Notes under the pieces: generated by a model
What the model saw: only the letters and a program-made list of their open reading frames with translations
Told to the model about the DNA's origin: nothing
The model's database searches: none
Source of the DNA: Collinsella aerofaciens
GTDB taxonomy: Bacteria; Actinomycetota; Coriobacteriia; Coriobacteriales; Coriobacteriaceae
Assembly: GCA_048447565.1 (NCBI GenBank)
Contig: DBGAXC010000010.1
Span: 838-64,837, forward strand
Length of the DNA stretch: 64,000 bases
Direction of reading: 5' to 3'
Shown: positions 25,169 through 35,462 of the stretch, piece by piece
How positions within the stretch are numbered: the stretch's first letter is position 1
Layout of the letters: each line of letters opens with the position of its first letter
Made by a program: the position numbers and the translations under genes

Positions 25169-27529
25169 CTAAGCCAACCCCAGCAATATGCCCGCCGAAT
25201 GCACGACAAACGCCACGATCCAGGCGACTGCCACCTGAAACGCGAACACGGCAACGGCGTAGCGCGCGCCCAGCTCGCTCTTGACGGCGCCGATGGCAGC
25301 CACGCAGGGCGGATACAGCAGCGTAAAGACCAGAAACACATAGGCAGTAAACGGCGAAAACATGGTCGACAGTGCCGCGGGCGAGGTCGCGCCCAAAAGC
25401 ACCGTGAGCGTCGATATGACGCTCTCCTTGGCGATAAGTCCGGTGACGAGCGCCGTGGACGCACGCCAGTCGCCAAACCCAAGCGGCGCCAGCGCCGGCG
25501 CGATGATGCTGCCGAGGCCCGCAAGCAGGCTTTGCGACTGATCGGCGACCACATTAAAGCGAATGTCGAACGTCTGAAGGAACCAGATGACCACGGTAGC
25601 GGCAAAGATAATGGTAAAGGCCTTGGTAATAAAGTCTTTGGCCTTATCCCATGCCAGCATCACCGTCGTCTTGACGCTCGGCAGGCGGTAATTGGGGAGC
25701 TCCATGATAAACGGCACCGGGTCGCCCTTAAATGCCGTGCGGTTGAGCACCAGGGCGGCAATGCAACCGACCACGATGCCGATCAGATAGAGCGAAACCA
25801 TGGCGGGAACTGTCGCCTGCGGGAAAAACGCCCCGCACAGCAGACCGTAGACCGGCAACTTGGCCGAACAGCTCATGAACGGCGTGAGCATGACCGTCAT
25901 CTTGCGGTCGTGCTCGGATGGGAGCGTACGGGTCGACATGATAGCCGGCACGGTGCAGCCAAAACCGACGAGCATGGGCACGAAGCTGCGGCCCGACAGA
26001 CCAAAGCGACGCAACACCTTATCCATGACAAAGGCCACGCGTGCCATGTAGCCGGAGTCTTCCAGAATGGAGAGGAACAAGAAGAGCACGACGATAATCG
26101 GCAGGAAGGTCAGCACGCTGCCCACGCCCGTAAGCACGCCGTCGACAGCCAGCGAGCGCACCACGTCGTTGGTGCCGAACGCTTTGAGACCCGCATCGGC
26201 CGAGGCGATGATGGCAGCAATGCCGTCCTCCATAAGCCCCTGCAACGCCGCGCCGATCACGCCAAACGTCAGCCAAAAGACAAGGCCCATGATCACCAGA
26301 AACGCCGGAATGGCTGTGTAACGACCTGTCAGGATGCGGTCGATCTTGACGGAGCGCACATGCTCGCGGCTCTCGTGCGGCTTGACAACACAGCGCCCAC
26401 ACACGTCGCCGATGAAGCTAAAGCGCATATCGGCCAGCGCAGACAGGCGGTCGGTGCCGGCCTCGCCCTCCATCTGGGTAATGATGTGTTCGATGGCGTC
26501 GAGCTCGTTGCGATCCAGGTGAAGCGCCTCGGTTACCAGCTCGTCGCCCTCAACCAGCTTGGTCGCCGCAAAACGCACGGGAATGTGCGCCGTCGCGGCA
26601 TGGTCCTCGATCAGGTTGGCAATGCCGTGGATGCAGCGATGCAGTGCACCGCCATCCGGACCATCGGGCGCACAAAAGTCCAAGCGACCGGGGCGCTCGC
26701 GAAAGCGCGCCACGTGCAGGGCATGATCCACCAGCTCGCCGATACCCTCGTTGCGAGCAGCGCTAATGGGGACAACAGGCACGCCCAACAGGCTCTCGAG
26801 CAGGTTGACGTCCACGGCGCCGCCGTTGGCCGTCACCTCGTCCATCATGTTGAGCGCGATGACCATGGGGCGGTCGAGCTCCATAAGCTGCAGCGTCAGG
26901 TACAGGTTACGCTCGATGTTGGTGGCGTCGATGATATCGATGATGGCGTCGGGATTTTCGTCCAAGATGAATTGGCGGCTGACGATCTCTTCGCCCGTGT
27001 ACGGAGACAGCGAATAGATGCCGGGCAGGTCGGTAACGCTTGCCTCGGGATGGTTACGGATAGTGCCGTCCTTGCGGTCGACCGTCACGCCGGGAAAGTT
27101 ACCGACGTGCTGGTTGGAGCCCGTAAGCTGGTTGAACAGCGTGGTCTTACCGCAGTTTTGGTTGCCGGCGAGGGCAAAATGTAGCGGTGCGCCCTCGGGC
27201 ACGGCTGTTTTGGCAGCACGAGGCGAATACGTCCCCTCGCCCAGTGCCGGGTGATCTGTCGTGCCGATAGCGGCGTTAACGCGCGGGCCGGTATCGGTGT
27301 CGTGCACATCCACGAGCTCAATGCGTGCGGCATCGTCCTTGCGCAGCGTCAACTCGTAGCCACGCAGGCGGATCTCGAGCGGGTCACCCATGGGGGCGTA
27401 CTTCATCATGGTGACTTCGGTGCCCGGCGTTAGACCCATGTCCAAAATATGCTGTCGGAGTGCCTGATCGTCCGATGCCACCGATGCGACAACGGCGTCC
27501 TTTCCAATCTCGAGTGTATCGAGCTTCAC
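25169..27529 (-). CDS. feoB: Ferrous iron transporter, FeoA-FeoB fusion
   Basis: N-terminal FeoA (ILDMGLTPG..APMGDP..LRK), GNQNCGKT, VGNFPGVT, DLPG, NMMD, LEDSGYMAR; GTG at 27529 behind GGGAGGAG. Confidence 0.95.
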   Translation of the reverse strand: MKLDTLEIGKDAVVASVASDDQALRQHILDMGLTPGTEVTMMKYAPMGDPLEIRLRGYELTLRKDDAARIELVDVHDTDTGPRVNAAIGTTDHPALGEGTYSPRAAKTAVPEGAPLHFALAGNQNCGKTTLFNQLTGSNQHVGNFPGVTVDRKDGTIRNHPEASVTDLPGIYSLSPYTGEEIVSRQFILDENPDAIIDIIDATNIERNLYLTLQLMELDRPMVIALNMMDEVTANGGAVDVNLLESLLGVPVVPISAARNEGIGELVDHALHVARFRERPGRLDFCAPDGPDGGALHRCIHGIANLIEDHAATAHIPVRFAATKLVEGDELVTEALHLDRNELDAIEHIITQMEGEAGTDRLSALADMRFSFIGDVCGRCVVKPHESREHVRSVKIDRILTGRYTAIPAFLVIMGLVFWLTFGVIGAALQGLMEDGIAAIIASADAGLKAFGTNDVVRSLAVDGVLTGVGSVLTFLPIIVVLFLFLSILEDSGYMARVAFVMDKVLRRFGLSGRSFVPMLVGFGCTVPAIMSTRTLPSEHDRKMTVMLTPFMSCSAKLPVYGLLCGAFFPQATVPAMVSLYLIGIVVGCIAALVLNRTAFKGDPVPFIMELPNYRLPSVKTTVMLAWDKAKDFITKAFTIIFAATVVIWFLQTFDIRFNVVADQSQSLLAGLGSIIAPALAPLGFGDWRASTALVTGLIAKESVISTLTVLLGATSPAALSTMFSPFTAYVFLVFTLLYPPCVAAIGAVKSELGARYAVAVFAFQVAVAWIVAFVVHSAGILLGLA

Positions 27530-27576
27530 GTCCGTGCTCCTCCCCCGGCGCCCGCAGGGCGTTGTATTTATGTTCA

Positions 27577-27605
27577 CCATGGCTAACCGTTTGCCATGGC
27601 TAACC
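27577..27605 (-). promoter_or_regulatory. Candidate metal-regulator operator upstream of feoAB
   Basis: Two exact copies of GGTTAGCCATGG (minus strand) 17 bp apart. Confidence 0.5.
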
Positions 27606-27685
27606 AATTTTAAGCTTACATGATAGCGTGAACACACAACGACGTTCAATCGACAGATCGGTGCAAGGGGAATTCTGGGCCATTG

Positions 27686-27897
27686 CTTCCCAGACGGGCC
27701 TGTTGCGGAAACCGAATCCCACTCCGGAACACCTAAACGGGACGGGCTTTCCGGTTGAGGCATCTAGCGGAAACTGCAGCCCGGAATCGGCGCTCAGACT
27801 GGGATGCGATTTCCCGATCGAGCCCCTCGGGGAAACTGCGACCCGGAATCTGCGCCCAAAACGGGTCACGATTTCCCAAACGGGACGTGGTTTCCCG
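27686..27897. repeat. 62-bp-period array of imperfect inverted repeats
   Basis: GGAAAC at 27707/27769/27831, CCC, GGG and TTTCC at identical offsets in each unit. Confidence 0.8.
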
Positions 27898-27970
27898 CGG
27901 GAGCAGAAACAGCCGCCCGCTCCCTCGACAAAATGATCCATTTTCCTCCGTCTCCAACAGATCAAAACGA

Positions 27971-28035
27971 AGTTGCGGTGGAATAGTTCCTGTTTAAAGC
28001 CCCGTGACTTTAATTGGAACTATTTCACCGCAAGT
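27971..28035. repeat. Third copy of the TTGCGGTGRAATA hairpin family
   Basis: AGTTGCGGTGGAATAGTTCC...GGAACTATTTCACCGCAAGT followed by ATGAGGGACG as in the copy at 23769. Confidence 0.8.
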
Positions 28036-28069
28036 TATGAGGGACGGGATGGGGCTGGCCCTCTTACTC

Positions 28070-28969
28070 TTACAGATGGCGCTCCAGGAAGCGGAAGGCT
28101 AGGCGGATCCAGGGACGGACTGCCGCCTGCTTGTCCTCGTTGTCGACCGCGGTGTTGGCGTTGCCGAGCGAAAGGCCGTGACCACCCTGGTCGAAGACGT
28201 GCATCTCGCATGCAACGCCCTCCTCGGCCATGCGCTGCGCAAACGGGTAGACCTGCGCGATCGGCGCCGTCTTGTCGTCGGACACGCCCCACACAAAGGT
28301 CGGTGGCATCTGACGCGAAACATGCGTGGTGGGGCAGATGTCGGCCAGATGCTCGTCAGTTGCCTCGCCGCCCGTCACCATCGACAGGTAGTCGTTGAGC
28401 AAATCGCGCCCCGTCTTGCCGCCCGTCTTGGGCACACGCAAGTCAATGCGCGGATCGCGCGTCTGCATGTCACGCACATAGGCAAAGTCGAGCAATGGAT
28501 AGCCCAGCACCACGGCATCGGGACGAATGTCGTCCGGACGCGCCCCGGCAAGTGCCGCGAAGGGGCCGGTCTTCCACTGTGTTGCCAGCGAGGCGCAAAT
28601 CATGCCGCCAGCAGAAAAGCCCACGACGCACACGCGCTTAGGATCGACATGCCACTCGTCGGCGTTGGCGCGCACCGTGGCGACCATCTTGGCAAGATCT
28701 GCCTGGGGGTGCGGAAAGCTCACGTCACCCGTAGAACTCGTGACATAGTTGAGCACAAAGGCCTGGTAGCCGCGATCCAAAAATGCAAACGCCACCGGGT
28801 CCTGCTCGTGCGGAGCGATATGCGTAAACCCGCCTCCGCCGCAGATGATCACCGCGGGGCGGCGGCCATTCGGTTTATCGGGCAGCGGCTCGGCACCCAA
28901 ATACGTAAACGTCGCCGGATAATCCTCGGTCGGCTCCTCGCCCCACAGCGCATGGTTCTCGACAATCAT
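28070..28969 (-). CDS. Alpha/beta hydrolase (esterase/lipase)
   Basis: GGGGF oxyanion motif, GFSAGG nucleophile, D(DKTAP) and H(GGHGL) triad residues. Confidence 0.9.
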   Translation of the reverse strand: MIVENHALWGEEPTEDYPATFTYLGAEPLPDKPNGRRPAVIICGGGGFTHIAPHEQDPVAFAFLDRGYQAFVLNYVTSSTGDVSFPHPQADLAKMVATVRANADEWHVDPKRVCVVGFSAGGMICASLATQWKTGPFAALAGARPDDIRPDAVVLGYPLLDFAYVRDMQTRDPRIDLRVPKTGGKTGRDLLNDYLSMVTGGEATDEHLADICPTTHVSRQMPPTFVWGVSDDKTAPIAQVYPFAQRMAEEGVACEMHVFDQGGHGLSLGNANTAVDNEDKQAAVRPWIRLAFRFLERHL

Positions 28970-29152
28970 ATGTGCTCCCTTCGCGCAAATTATGCGCCCT
29001 TGTTTTTCGCCTTCAAGCGTACCCCACTTGAACCCGTGGCGCAGAAACACTCCGGCAATAAGTTTCCCTTCAACTGATATATCACATAATCCCAGTTCAG
29101 AGGTATCGTTGAGCAGCGTAGAATAGGGGCGTTGACCAAGCCGCGAAACACA

Positions 29153-29166
29153 TGTGAAACGTTTCC
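29153..29166. promoter_or_regulatory. LacI-family/cre-like operator
   Basis: Perfect palindrome GAAACGTTTC ~50 bp upstream of the PTS EIIA gene. Confidence 0.55.
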
Positions 29167-29212
29167 GGCAAACCAAACGCGCGATATGCGCCTATTTAAG
29201 TTGGAGGCAACT

Positions 29213-29776
29213 ATGGGTCTGCTCGATTCGCTTAAGTCCACCTTCACCTCGACCGGCGAGGCGTCCGTTCCGCCCGCAGCAAGCTTCGCTACCCGCGAAG
29301 GCGTCATCTATGCCCCCGTCAACGGCGTGCTCGTCAACCTGAACGAGGTTCCCGACGAGACGATCGCCTCGGGCATGCTTGGCCAGGGCTATGGCATCGA
29401 GCCCATTACCGGCACCATCTATGCGCCCGCCAACGGCCGCATCGGTGCCACCACTGTCACCAACCACTCCATCGGCATGATTACCGAGGACGGCCTGCGC
29501 GTGTTCATCCATGTTGGCCTGGGCACCGTGGAAATGAACGGCAAGGGTTTTGCCCGCTTTGTCGAGATGGGCGATGTGGTCAAGGCAGGCCAGCCGCTCA
29601 TCAGCTTCGACCGCGAGGCCATTAAGGCCGCTGGTCACGAGGACATCGTGACCGTCATCGTCTCCGAGCTCGATCGTCTTAAGAGCATCGACCATGTCGG
29701 CGAGTCTGGAACGCTTATCGGCGGCAACCCGCTCGTCAAGCTGGGCGACCCGCTGCTGGTTGCCAAGACCAAGTAG
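29213..29776 (+). CDS. PTS glucose-family EIIA component
   Basis: [44 protein letters not shown]. Confidence 0.9.
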   Translation: MGLLDSLKSTFTSTGEASVPPAASFATREGVIYAPVNGVLVNLNEVPDETIASGMLGQGYGIEPITGTIYAPANGRIGATTVTNHSIGMITEDGLRVFIHVGLGTVEMNGKGFARFVEMGDVVKAGQPLISFDREAIKAAGHEDIVTVIVSELDRLKSIDHVGESGTLIGGNPLVKLGDPLLVAKTK

Positions 29777-29957
29777 CCAGGCCCCACGCCACACAGCCAA
29801 AAGGCACCTCGTCAAGCGCCCGCGACCATTTGGCCGCGGGCGCTTTTCGTTTGAAAAACCATCCCGCCAATGCTTTATCTGTATAGCTCAAATGAGCCGA
29901 GCTGCTAGAATATCGAACTGTATGGATAACTATCATTCAACCGTTATGGGAGGATAC

Positions 29958-31361
29958 GTGAACCGCACCAAAATCGCGCAGCTCTATGCCGATGCCGAGT
30001 CGCTCGGCGGCCAGACCGTCACCGTCGCCGGCTGGGTCAAGTCCGTCCGCGACATGAAGAACTTTGGCTTTGTTACGCTCAACGACGGCAGCTGCTTCCG
30101 CGACCTGCAGGTCGTCATGAACCGCGAGGCACTCGACAACTACGACGAGATCGCCCATCAAAACGTCTCGGCCGCACTCATTTGCACCGGCACCGTCAAG
30201 CTGACCCCCGATGCGCCCCAGCCTTTCGAGCTTTCTGCCACCTCCATCGAGGTCGAGGGCACGAGCGCCCCGGATTACCCGCTGCAGAAGAAGCGCGCAA
30301 CCGTCGAGTTCCTGCGCACCCAGCAGCACCTGCGCCCGCGCACCAACCTGTTCCGCGCCGTGTTCCGCATCCGCTCTGTCGCGGCTGCCGCCATTCACCG
30401 CTTCTTCCAGGAGCAGGGCTTTGTCTACGTCAACACCCCCATCATCACCACGAGTGACTGCGAGGGCGCCGGCGAGATGTTCCGCGTGACCACGCTCGAC
30501 CCCAAAAATCCGCCCCTCACCGAGTCCGGCGAGGTCGACTGGAGCCAGGACTTCTTTGGCAAGCATGCAAGCCTCACCGTGTCCGGCCAGCTCAATGCCG
30601 AGAACTTTGCCATGGCCTTTGGCGACGTGTACACCTTTGGCCCCACCTTCCGTGCCGAGAACTCCAACACCACGCGCCACGCCGCCGAGTTTTGGATGAT
30701 CGAGCCCGAGATGGCCTTTGCCGACCTGAACGACTACATGGATAACGCCGAGGCCATGCTCAAGTACGTCCTCAAGGACGTTATGGCAACCTGCCCCGAC
30801 GAGCTCAATATGCTCAACAAGTTTGTGGACAAGGGTCTGCTCGAGCGCCTGGACCATGTCGCCAACTCCGACTTTGCCCGCGTTACCTACACCGAGGCCG
30901 TCGAGATCCTGGAGCAGGCAGTCGCTGCTGGCCACCAGTTTGATTACCCCGTGAGCTGGGGCATCGACCTGCAGACCGAGCACGAGCGCTTCCTGACCGA
31001 GGAGCACTTTAAGCGACCGACTTTTGTGACCGACTACCCGGCCGAGATCAAGGCATTCTACATGCGCATGAACGAGGACGGCAAGACCGTCGCCGCCGCC
31101 GACTGCCTGGTGCCCGGTATCGGCGAGATTATCGGCGGCTCCCAGCGCGAGGAGCGCCTGGATCTGCTCGAGGCCCGCATCAAGGACCTGGGCATGAATC
31201 CCGAGCAGTACAAGTACTACCTTGACCTGCGCCGCTACGGTTCCTGCAAGCACGCCGGCTACGGTCTGGGCTTCGAGCGCTTGGTCATGTATCTGACCGG
31301 CGTGGGCAACATCCGCGACGTCCTGCCGCACCCGCGCACCGTGGGCAACGCCGACTTCTAA
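29958..31361 (+). CDS. asnS: Asparagine--tRNA ligase
   Basis: [52 protein letters not shown] behind GGGAGG. Confidence 0.97.
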   Translation: MNRTKIAQLYADAESLGGQTVTVAGWVKSVRDMKNFGFVTLNDGSCFRDLQVVMNREALDNYDEIAHQNVSAALICTGTVKLTPDAPQPFELSATSIEVEGTSAPDYPLQKKRATVEFLRTQQHLRPRTNLFRAVFRIRSVAAAAIHRFFQEQGFVYVNTPIITTSDCEGAGEMFRVTTLDPKNPPLTESGEVDWSQDFFGKHASLTVSGQLNAENFAMAFGDVYTFGPTFRAENSNTTRHAAEFWMIEPEMAFADLNDYMDNAEAMLKYVLKDVMATCPDELNMLNKFVDKGLLERLDHVANSDFARVTYTEAVEILEQAVAAGHQFDYPVSWGIDLQTEHERFLTEEHFKRPTFVTDYPAEIKAFYMRMNEDGKTVAAADCLVPGIGEIIGGSQREERLDLLEARIKDLGMNPEQYKYYLDLRRYGSCKHAGYGLGFERLVMYLTGVGNIRDVLPHPRTVGNADF

Positions 31362-31407
31362 TCGTCGGACGCTAGCTCGCGTCGCCACACGCCAATGCTC
31401 ATCGCAT

Positions 31408-31443
31408 AAGCGTCTCTCGACATCAGTCGAGAGACGCTTTTTT
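31408..31443 (+). terminator. Terminator after asnS
   Basis: AGCGTCTCTCGAC/GTCGAGAGACGCT plus T run. Confidence 0.85.
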
Positions 31444-31610
31444 CAACAGCATCCGTCAAGCTTTTGGCAAGGTTTTGGTCAGTTGAGCAGGGCTGTTGAA
31501 AACTCAACCCGCCGTTTGCCGACGACTACCGACCGCCCAGAGCGCTCTGCGCCCCTGGGAAAGCCCCACGTCCTAGGCTCCATACCGTCGCCACCCAAAA
31601 CGGAAAGGAC

Positions 31611-32405
31611 GTGGGCACGATGACCGAAGCCGCTGTTGAAACCTACGACACCACGACGAGAGGCGCCGCCTCGATGGCAGCCTATCGCGCCGTTCGTATC
31701 CTGCAGCTCTTGAGCGAAAACACCGGCGAAGACAAGGCCATGCTTTCCGATGAGTTGATCCGGCGCCTCGCCCATCCCGACGACCCCGCCCGCATGCCCA
31801 TCTCGGCGGCGCGGCGCAGCATCTACACCGCCATCTCCGCGCTTCGCCATGCCGGATACGAAATTGAGTACAAACGCGGCGTGGGCTACAAACTTCTTAC
31901 CCGTCCGCTCACCGATGAAGAGATCATCCGGCTCCACGGTATGGTCATGCGCAACCGCTCCACGCCTATCGCTATCCGCAAGAGCATGGCGCAGCACTTA
32001 GTTGCCATGGCGAGCGCCGACGTTCGCGGCTACCTCGATACACCCGAACCCGCTCCAAGCGCAGGCAGCAAGGCTACCAAGGCAACACGCACGCCCATCA
32101 AGCGCATCGACACGTGCGAGCTCGTCGAGCAGGCCATCGACCACGGAACCACGGTGAGTTTTGATATTTCGAGCGTCACGGCACGTGGCGAAACCGAAGT
32201 AGCACGGATGACACTCCGCCCCTTTGCCATCAAGCAACGAGACGGCATCTCGTATTTGCTGGGAACGGTCTATGACGCCCGAGGCGCCGATGACACGCTG
32301 CGTACCGTAGAGATTGGCCGCATGAGAAACGTCACCACGCGTCTCCTCGACGGCAAGAAGCTCTTCGCCGCCCTCGACGAGGACGACGCCGCCTCCGCCG
32401 CATAA
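31611..32405 (+). CDS. Winged-helix plus WYL-like domain regulator
   Basis: N-terminal ILQLL..T.E..ARRSIYTAISALR..GYEI..GY; C-terminal PFAI..DGISYLLG..RTVEIGRM resembles a WYL domain. Confidence 0.6.
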   Translation: MGTMTEAAVETYDTTTRGAASMAAYRAVRILQLLSENTGEDKAMLSDELIRRLAHPDDPARMPISAARRSIYTAISALRHAGYEIEYKRGVGYKLLTRPLTDEEIIRLHGMVMRNRSTPIAIRKSMAQHLVAMASADVRGYLDTPEPAPSAGSKATKATRTPIKRIDTCELVEQAIDHGTTVSFDISSVTARGETEVARMTLRPFAIKQRDGISYLLGTVYDARGADDTLRTVEIGRMRNVTTRLLDGKKLFAALDEDDAASAA

Positions 32406-32566
32406 GAACCCCCGCCGTCCATTCGACTACCCGTACCGCCCATCCGGTTCTGTATTAAAAAACCCGCCAGGTTATTGTAAAAATGGACATCCGCGCTACT
32501 ATAGTTCCACTTGCACTTTGTTTGAGTGCAGTGTTTCCAGCCATTTCTATACTTGGGGGTAACGAT

Positions 32567-33547
32567 ATGAAGGACATCACCATCAGCCGCAGGAGCCTTC
32601 TGGTCTCTGCTGGCTTGCTCGCGCTCGCTCCGCTCGCCGGATGCGGCGGCAACTCTGGTTCCGGCTCTGCTGCCGCCGGTTCCGACTACACCGTCGGCGT
32701 TCTGCAGCTCACCGAGCACTCCGCACTCGACGCCGCCAACGACGGCTTTGTCAAGGCCATCAAGAAGAGCGGTCTCAAGGTCAAGATCGATCAGAAGAAC
32801 GCCCAGAACGACCAGTCCACGTGTAAGTCCATCGCCGACAAGTTCGTGGGCGATGGCGTCGACCTGATCTATGCCATCGCTACGCCCGCCGCGCAGGCCG
32901 CCGCTGGCGCCACCGCCGATATCCCCGTCGTGGGCTGCGCCATCACCGACTACGCTGCCTCGGGCTTGGTCCAGGACAACGATAAGCCCGGCACCAACGT
33001 CACGGGCGCCTCCGACCTCACCCCGGTCGCCGAGCAGCTCGAGATGATGCAGAAGGTCCTGCCCGACGTAAAGAAGGTCGGCCTGCTCTACTGCACCGCC
33101 GAGTCCAACTCCGACGTCCAGATCAAGGCCGCCAAGAAGGAGCTCGACAAGCTGGGCCTGGACTACACCGACTTCACCGTCTCGAGCTCCAATGAGATCC
33201 AGTCCGTCGTCGAGTCCGCCGTGGGCAAGGTCGACGCGCTGTACTCCCCCACCGACAACACCATCGCCGCGGGCGCCTCGCAGGTCGGCCAGATCTGCAA
33301 GGAGAACAAGCTCCCCTTCGTGACTGGCGAGGAGGGCATGTGCAAGGCCGGCGGTCTGTTCACCCTCTCCATCAACTACGAGGACCTGGGCTACGCCGCG
33401 GGCGAGATGGCCGTCAAGATCCTGAAGGGCGAGGCCAAGCCCGAGGATATGCCGATTAAGCACCTCTCGAGCAAGGACCTGGTCGTCGTCAAGAACGACG
33501 AGATGGCCGAGGCTCTGGGCATCGACCTTTCCGTTCTGGACGAGTAG
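32567..33547 (+). CDS. ABC transporter substrate-binding lipoprotein (COG2984, aromatic amino acid type)
   Basis: SRRSLL and LAGC signal, QLTEHSALD, AIATPAAQA, NVTGASD, PTDNT. Confidence 0.9.
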   Translation: MKDITISRRSLLVSAGLLALAPLAGCGGNSGSGSAAAGSDYTVGVLQLTEHSALDAANDGFVKAIKKSGLKVKIDQKNAQNDQSTCKSIADKFVGDGVDLIYAIATPAAQAAAGATADIPVVGCAITDYAASGLVQDNDKPGTNVTGASDLTPVAEQLEMMQKVLPDVKKVGLLYCTAESNSDVQIKAAKKELDKLGLDYTDFTVSSSNEIQSVVESAVGKVDALYSPTDNTIAAGASQVGQICKENKLPFVTGEEGMCKAGGLFTLSINYEDLGYAAGEMAVKILKGEAKPEDMPIKHLSSKDLVVVKNDEMAEALGIDLSVLDE

Positions 33548-33751
33548 CGCCATGTGCGGTAACGCGTCTAGGGCACGCGCTCGTGCCGTTGTCGTGTTAT
33601 TCAATATGTGAGCCACAGGGGCGAACGCCAAAGACCGGCGTTCGCCCTGCTTGTTACGGATGAGACAAAACATCCGGCCGCAGCTCTTTTATGCATTGTT
33701 ACCGCTATCATGGTGACTCACGTGTCCACCCTATCCTAGGAGGTATAAAGC

Positions 33752-34675
33752 ATGCTTATTGCATTGCAAGGCGCCGTTTCGCAGGGCGTCCTCTGGGGCA
33801 TTATGGTGCTTGGCGTGTTTATCACGTTCCGCCTGCTCGACATCCCCGATATGACCTGCGACGGCAGCTTTGCCCTCGGCGGCTGCGTCTGCGCCGTGCT
33901 CATCGTCAATAACAACGTCGACCCGCTGCTCGCCGTTTTGGCCGGCATGTGTGCCGGTGCCATCGCGGGCGCCGTCACGGGCATTTTAACCACCGTCTTT
34001 GAGATTCCCGCGATCCTCGCCGGAATCCTGACGCAGATCAGCCTGTGGTCCATCAACCTGCGCATCATGGGCAAATCCAATACGCCCATCCTTGCCAAAG
34101 GCACCATCTTCTCGTCTGTCAGCAACATGACGGGCCTGCCGCAGTCCACCGTCGCCATCATCCTGGGCATCTTGCTCGCTGTGGCTATCGTTGCCATCCT
34201 GTATTGGTTCTTTGGCACCGAGATCGGCTCGGCACTGCGCGCCACCGGCAACAACGAGTACATGATCCGCGCTCTGGGCGTCAACACCAACTCCACCAAG
34301 ATGATCGCCCTCGTGCTCTCCAACGCCCTCATCGGCCTTTCGGGCGCGCTCATCTGCCAGAGCCAAAAGTATGCCGACATTGGTATGGGCACCGGTGCCA
34401 TCGTTATCGGTCTTGCCGCCATTGTTATCGGCGAGGTGCTCGGCCGTCTGCTGCCCGGCGGCCTCACGCAGTTTAGCGTCCGTCTTGCCTCCGCCGTCTT
34501 TGGCTCCGTGGTGTACTTCCTTATCCGCGCCATCGTGCTGCAGTTGGGCATGGACGCCAACGACATGAAGCTGCTCTCCGCCGTAATTGTCGCTGTGGCC
34601 CTGTGCGTGCCCGTGGTTTGGGAGCGCTATAAGCTCCGCAGCTCCTACACGAAGGGGGATGAGGCAGATGCTTAA
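33752..34675 (+). CDS. ABC transporter permease
   Basis: DMTCDGSFALGG, SINLRIMG, GSALRATGNN. Confidence 0.92.
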   Translation: MLIALQGAVSQGVLWGIMVLGVFITFRLLDIPDMTCDGSFALGGCVCAVLIVNNNVDPLLAVLAGMCAGAIAGAVTGILTTVFEIPAILAGILTQISLWSINLRIMGKSNTPILAKGTIFSSVSNMTGLPQSTVAIILGILLAVAIVAILYWFFGTEIGSALRATGNNEYMIRALGVNTNSTKMIALVLSNALIGLSGALICQSQKYADIGMGTGAIVIGLAAIVIGEVLGRLLPGGLTQFSVRLASAVFGSVVYFLIRAIVLQLGMDANDMKLLSAVIVAVALCVPVVWERYKLRSSYTKGDEADA

Positions 34676-35462
34676 GCTCTCGCACGTCAAGAAGACCTTT
34701 AACAAGGGCACCGTCACCGAGAAGCGCGCGCTCACCGGCGTCGACCTCACCCTGAATGACGGCGACTTTGTAACCGTGATCGGCGGCAACGGCGCCGGCA
34801 AGTCCACGCTGCTCAACATGATCGCCGGCGTGTACCCGCTCGATTCGGGCGTTATTGAGCTCGACGGCACCGACATCTCGCGCCTGAGCGAGTCGCAGCG
34901 CGCCAAGTACCTGGGCCGCGTGTTTCAGGACCCTATGCGCGGTACCGCTGCCGACATGCAGATCGCCGAGAACCTGGCCCTCGCCAAGCGTCGCGGCCAG
35001 CGTCGCGGCCTTTCGTGGGGCGTCACCAAGGCCGAGAAGGACGAGTACGTTGAGCTGCTCAAGCGCCTGGACCTTGGTCTGGACACGCGTCTCAACGCCA
35101 AGGTCGGCCTGCTCTCGGGTGGCCAGCGCCAGGCACTCACCCTGCTGATGGCCACGCTCACCAGGCCGCGCCTGCTGCTGCTCGACGAGCACACCGCGGC
35201 CCTCGACCCCAAGACGGCCTCTAAGGTGCTCAACCTGACCGAGGAGATCGTCGACGAGAACCACCTGACCACGCTCATGGTCACGCACAACATGAACGAC
35301 GCCATCCGTCTGGGCAACCGTCTGATCATGATGCACGAAGGCCACGTGATCTACGACGTGGCGGGCGATGAGAAGAAGTCGCTCACCGTAGCCGACCTGC
35401 TGCAGAAGTTCGAGGAGGTCTCGGGCGGTGAGCTCGCCAACGACCGCATGCTGCTGAGCTAA
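34668..35462 (+). CDS. ABC transporter ATP-binding protein
   Basis: GGNGAGKST, LSGGQRQ, LLLLDEHTAALDP. Confidence 0.95.
   Translation: MLKLSHVKKTFNKGTVTEKRALTGVDLTLNDGDFVTVIGGNGAGKSTLLNMIAGVYPLDSGVIELDGTDISRLSESQRAKYLGRVFQDPMRGTAADMQIAENLALAKRRGQRRGLSWGVTKAEKDEYVELLKRLDLGLDTRLNAKVGLLSGGQRQALTLLMATLTRPRLLLLDEHTAALDPKTASKVLNLTEEIVDENHLTTLMVTHNMNDAIRLGNRLIMMHEGHVIYDVAGDEKKSLTVADLLQKFEEVSGGELANDRMLLS

Noticed and set aside
27530..27763. N-terminal extensions in the ORF track for feoB (likewise asnS, tuf, pepD, hydrolase)
   Set aside because: Better starts with RBSs lie downstream and the extensions cover promoter or repeat DNA.
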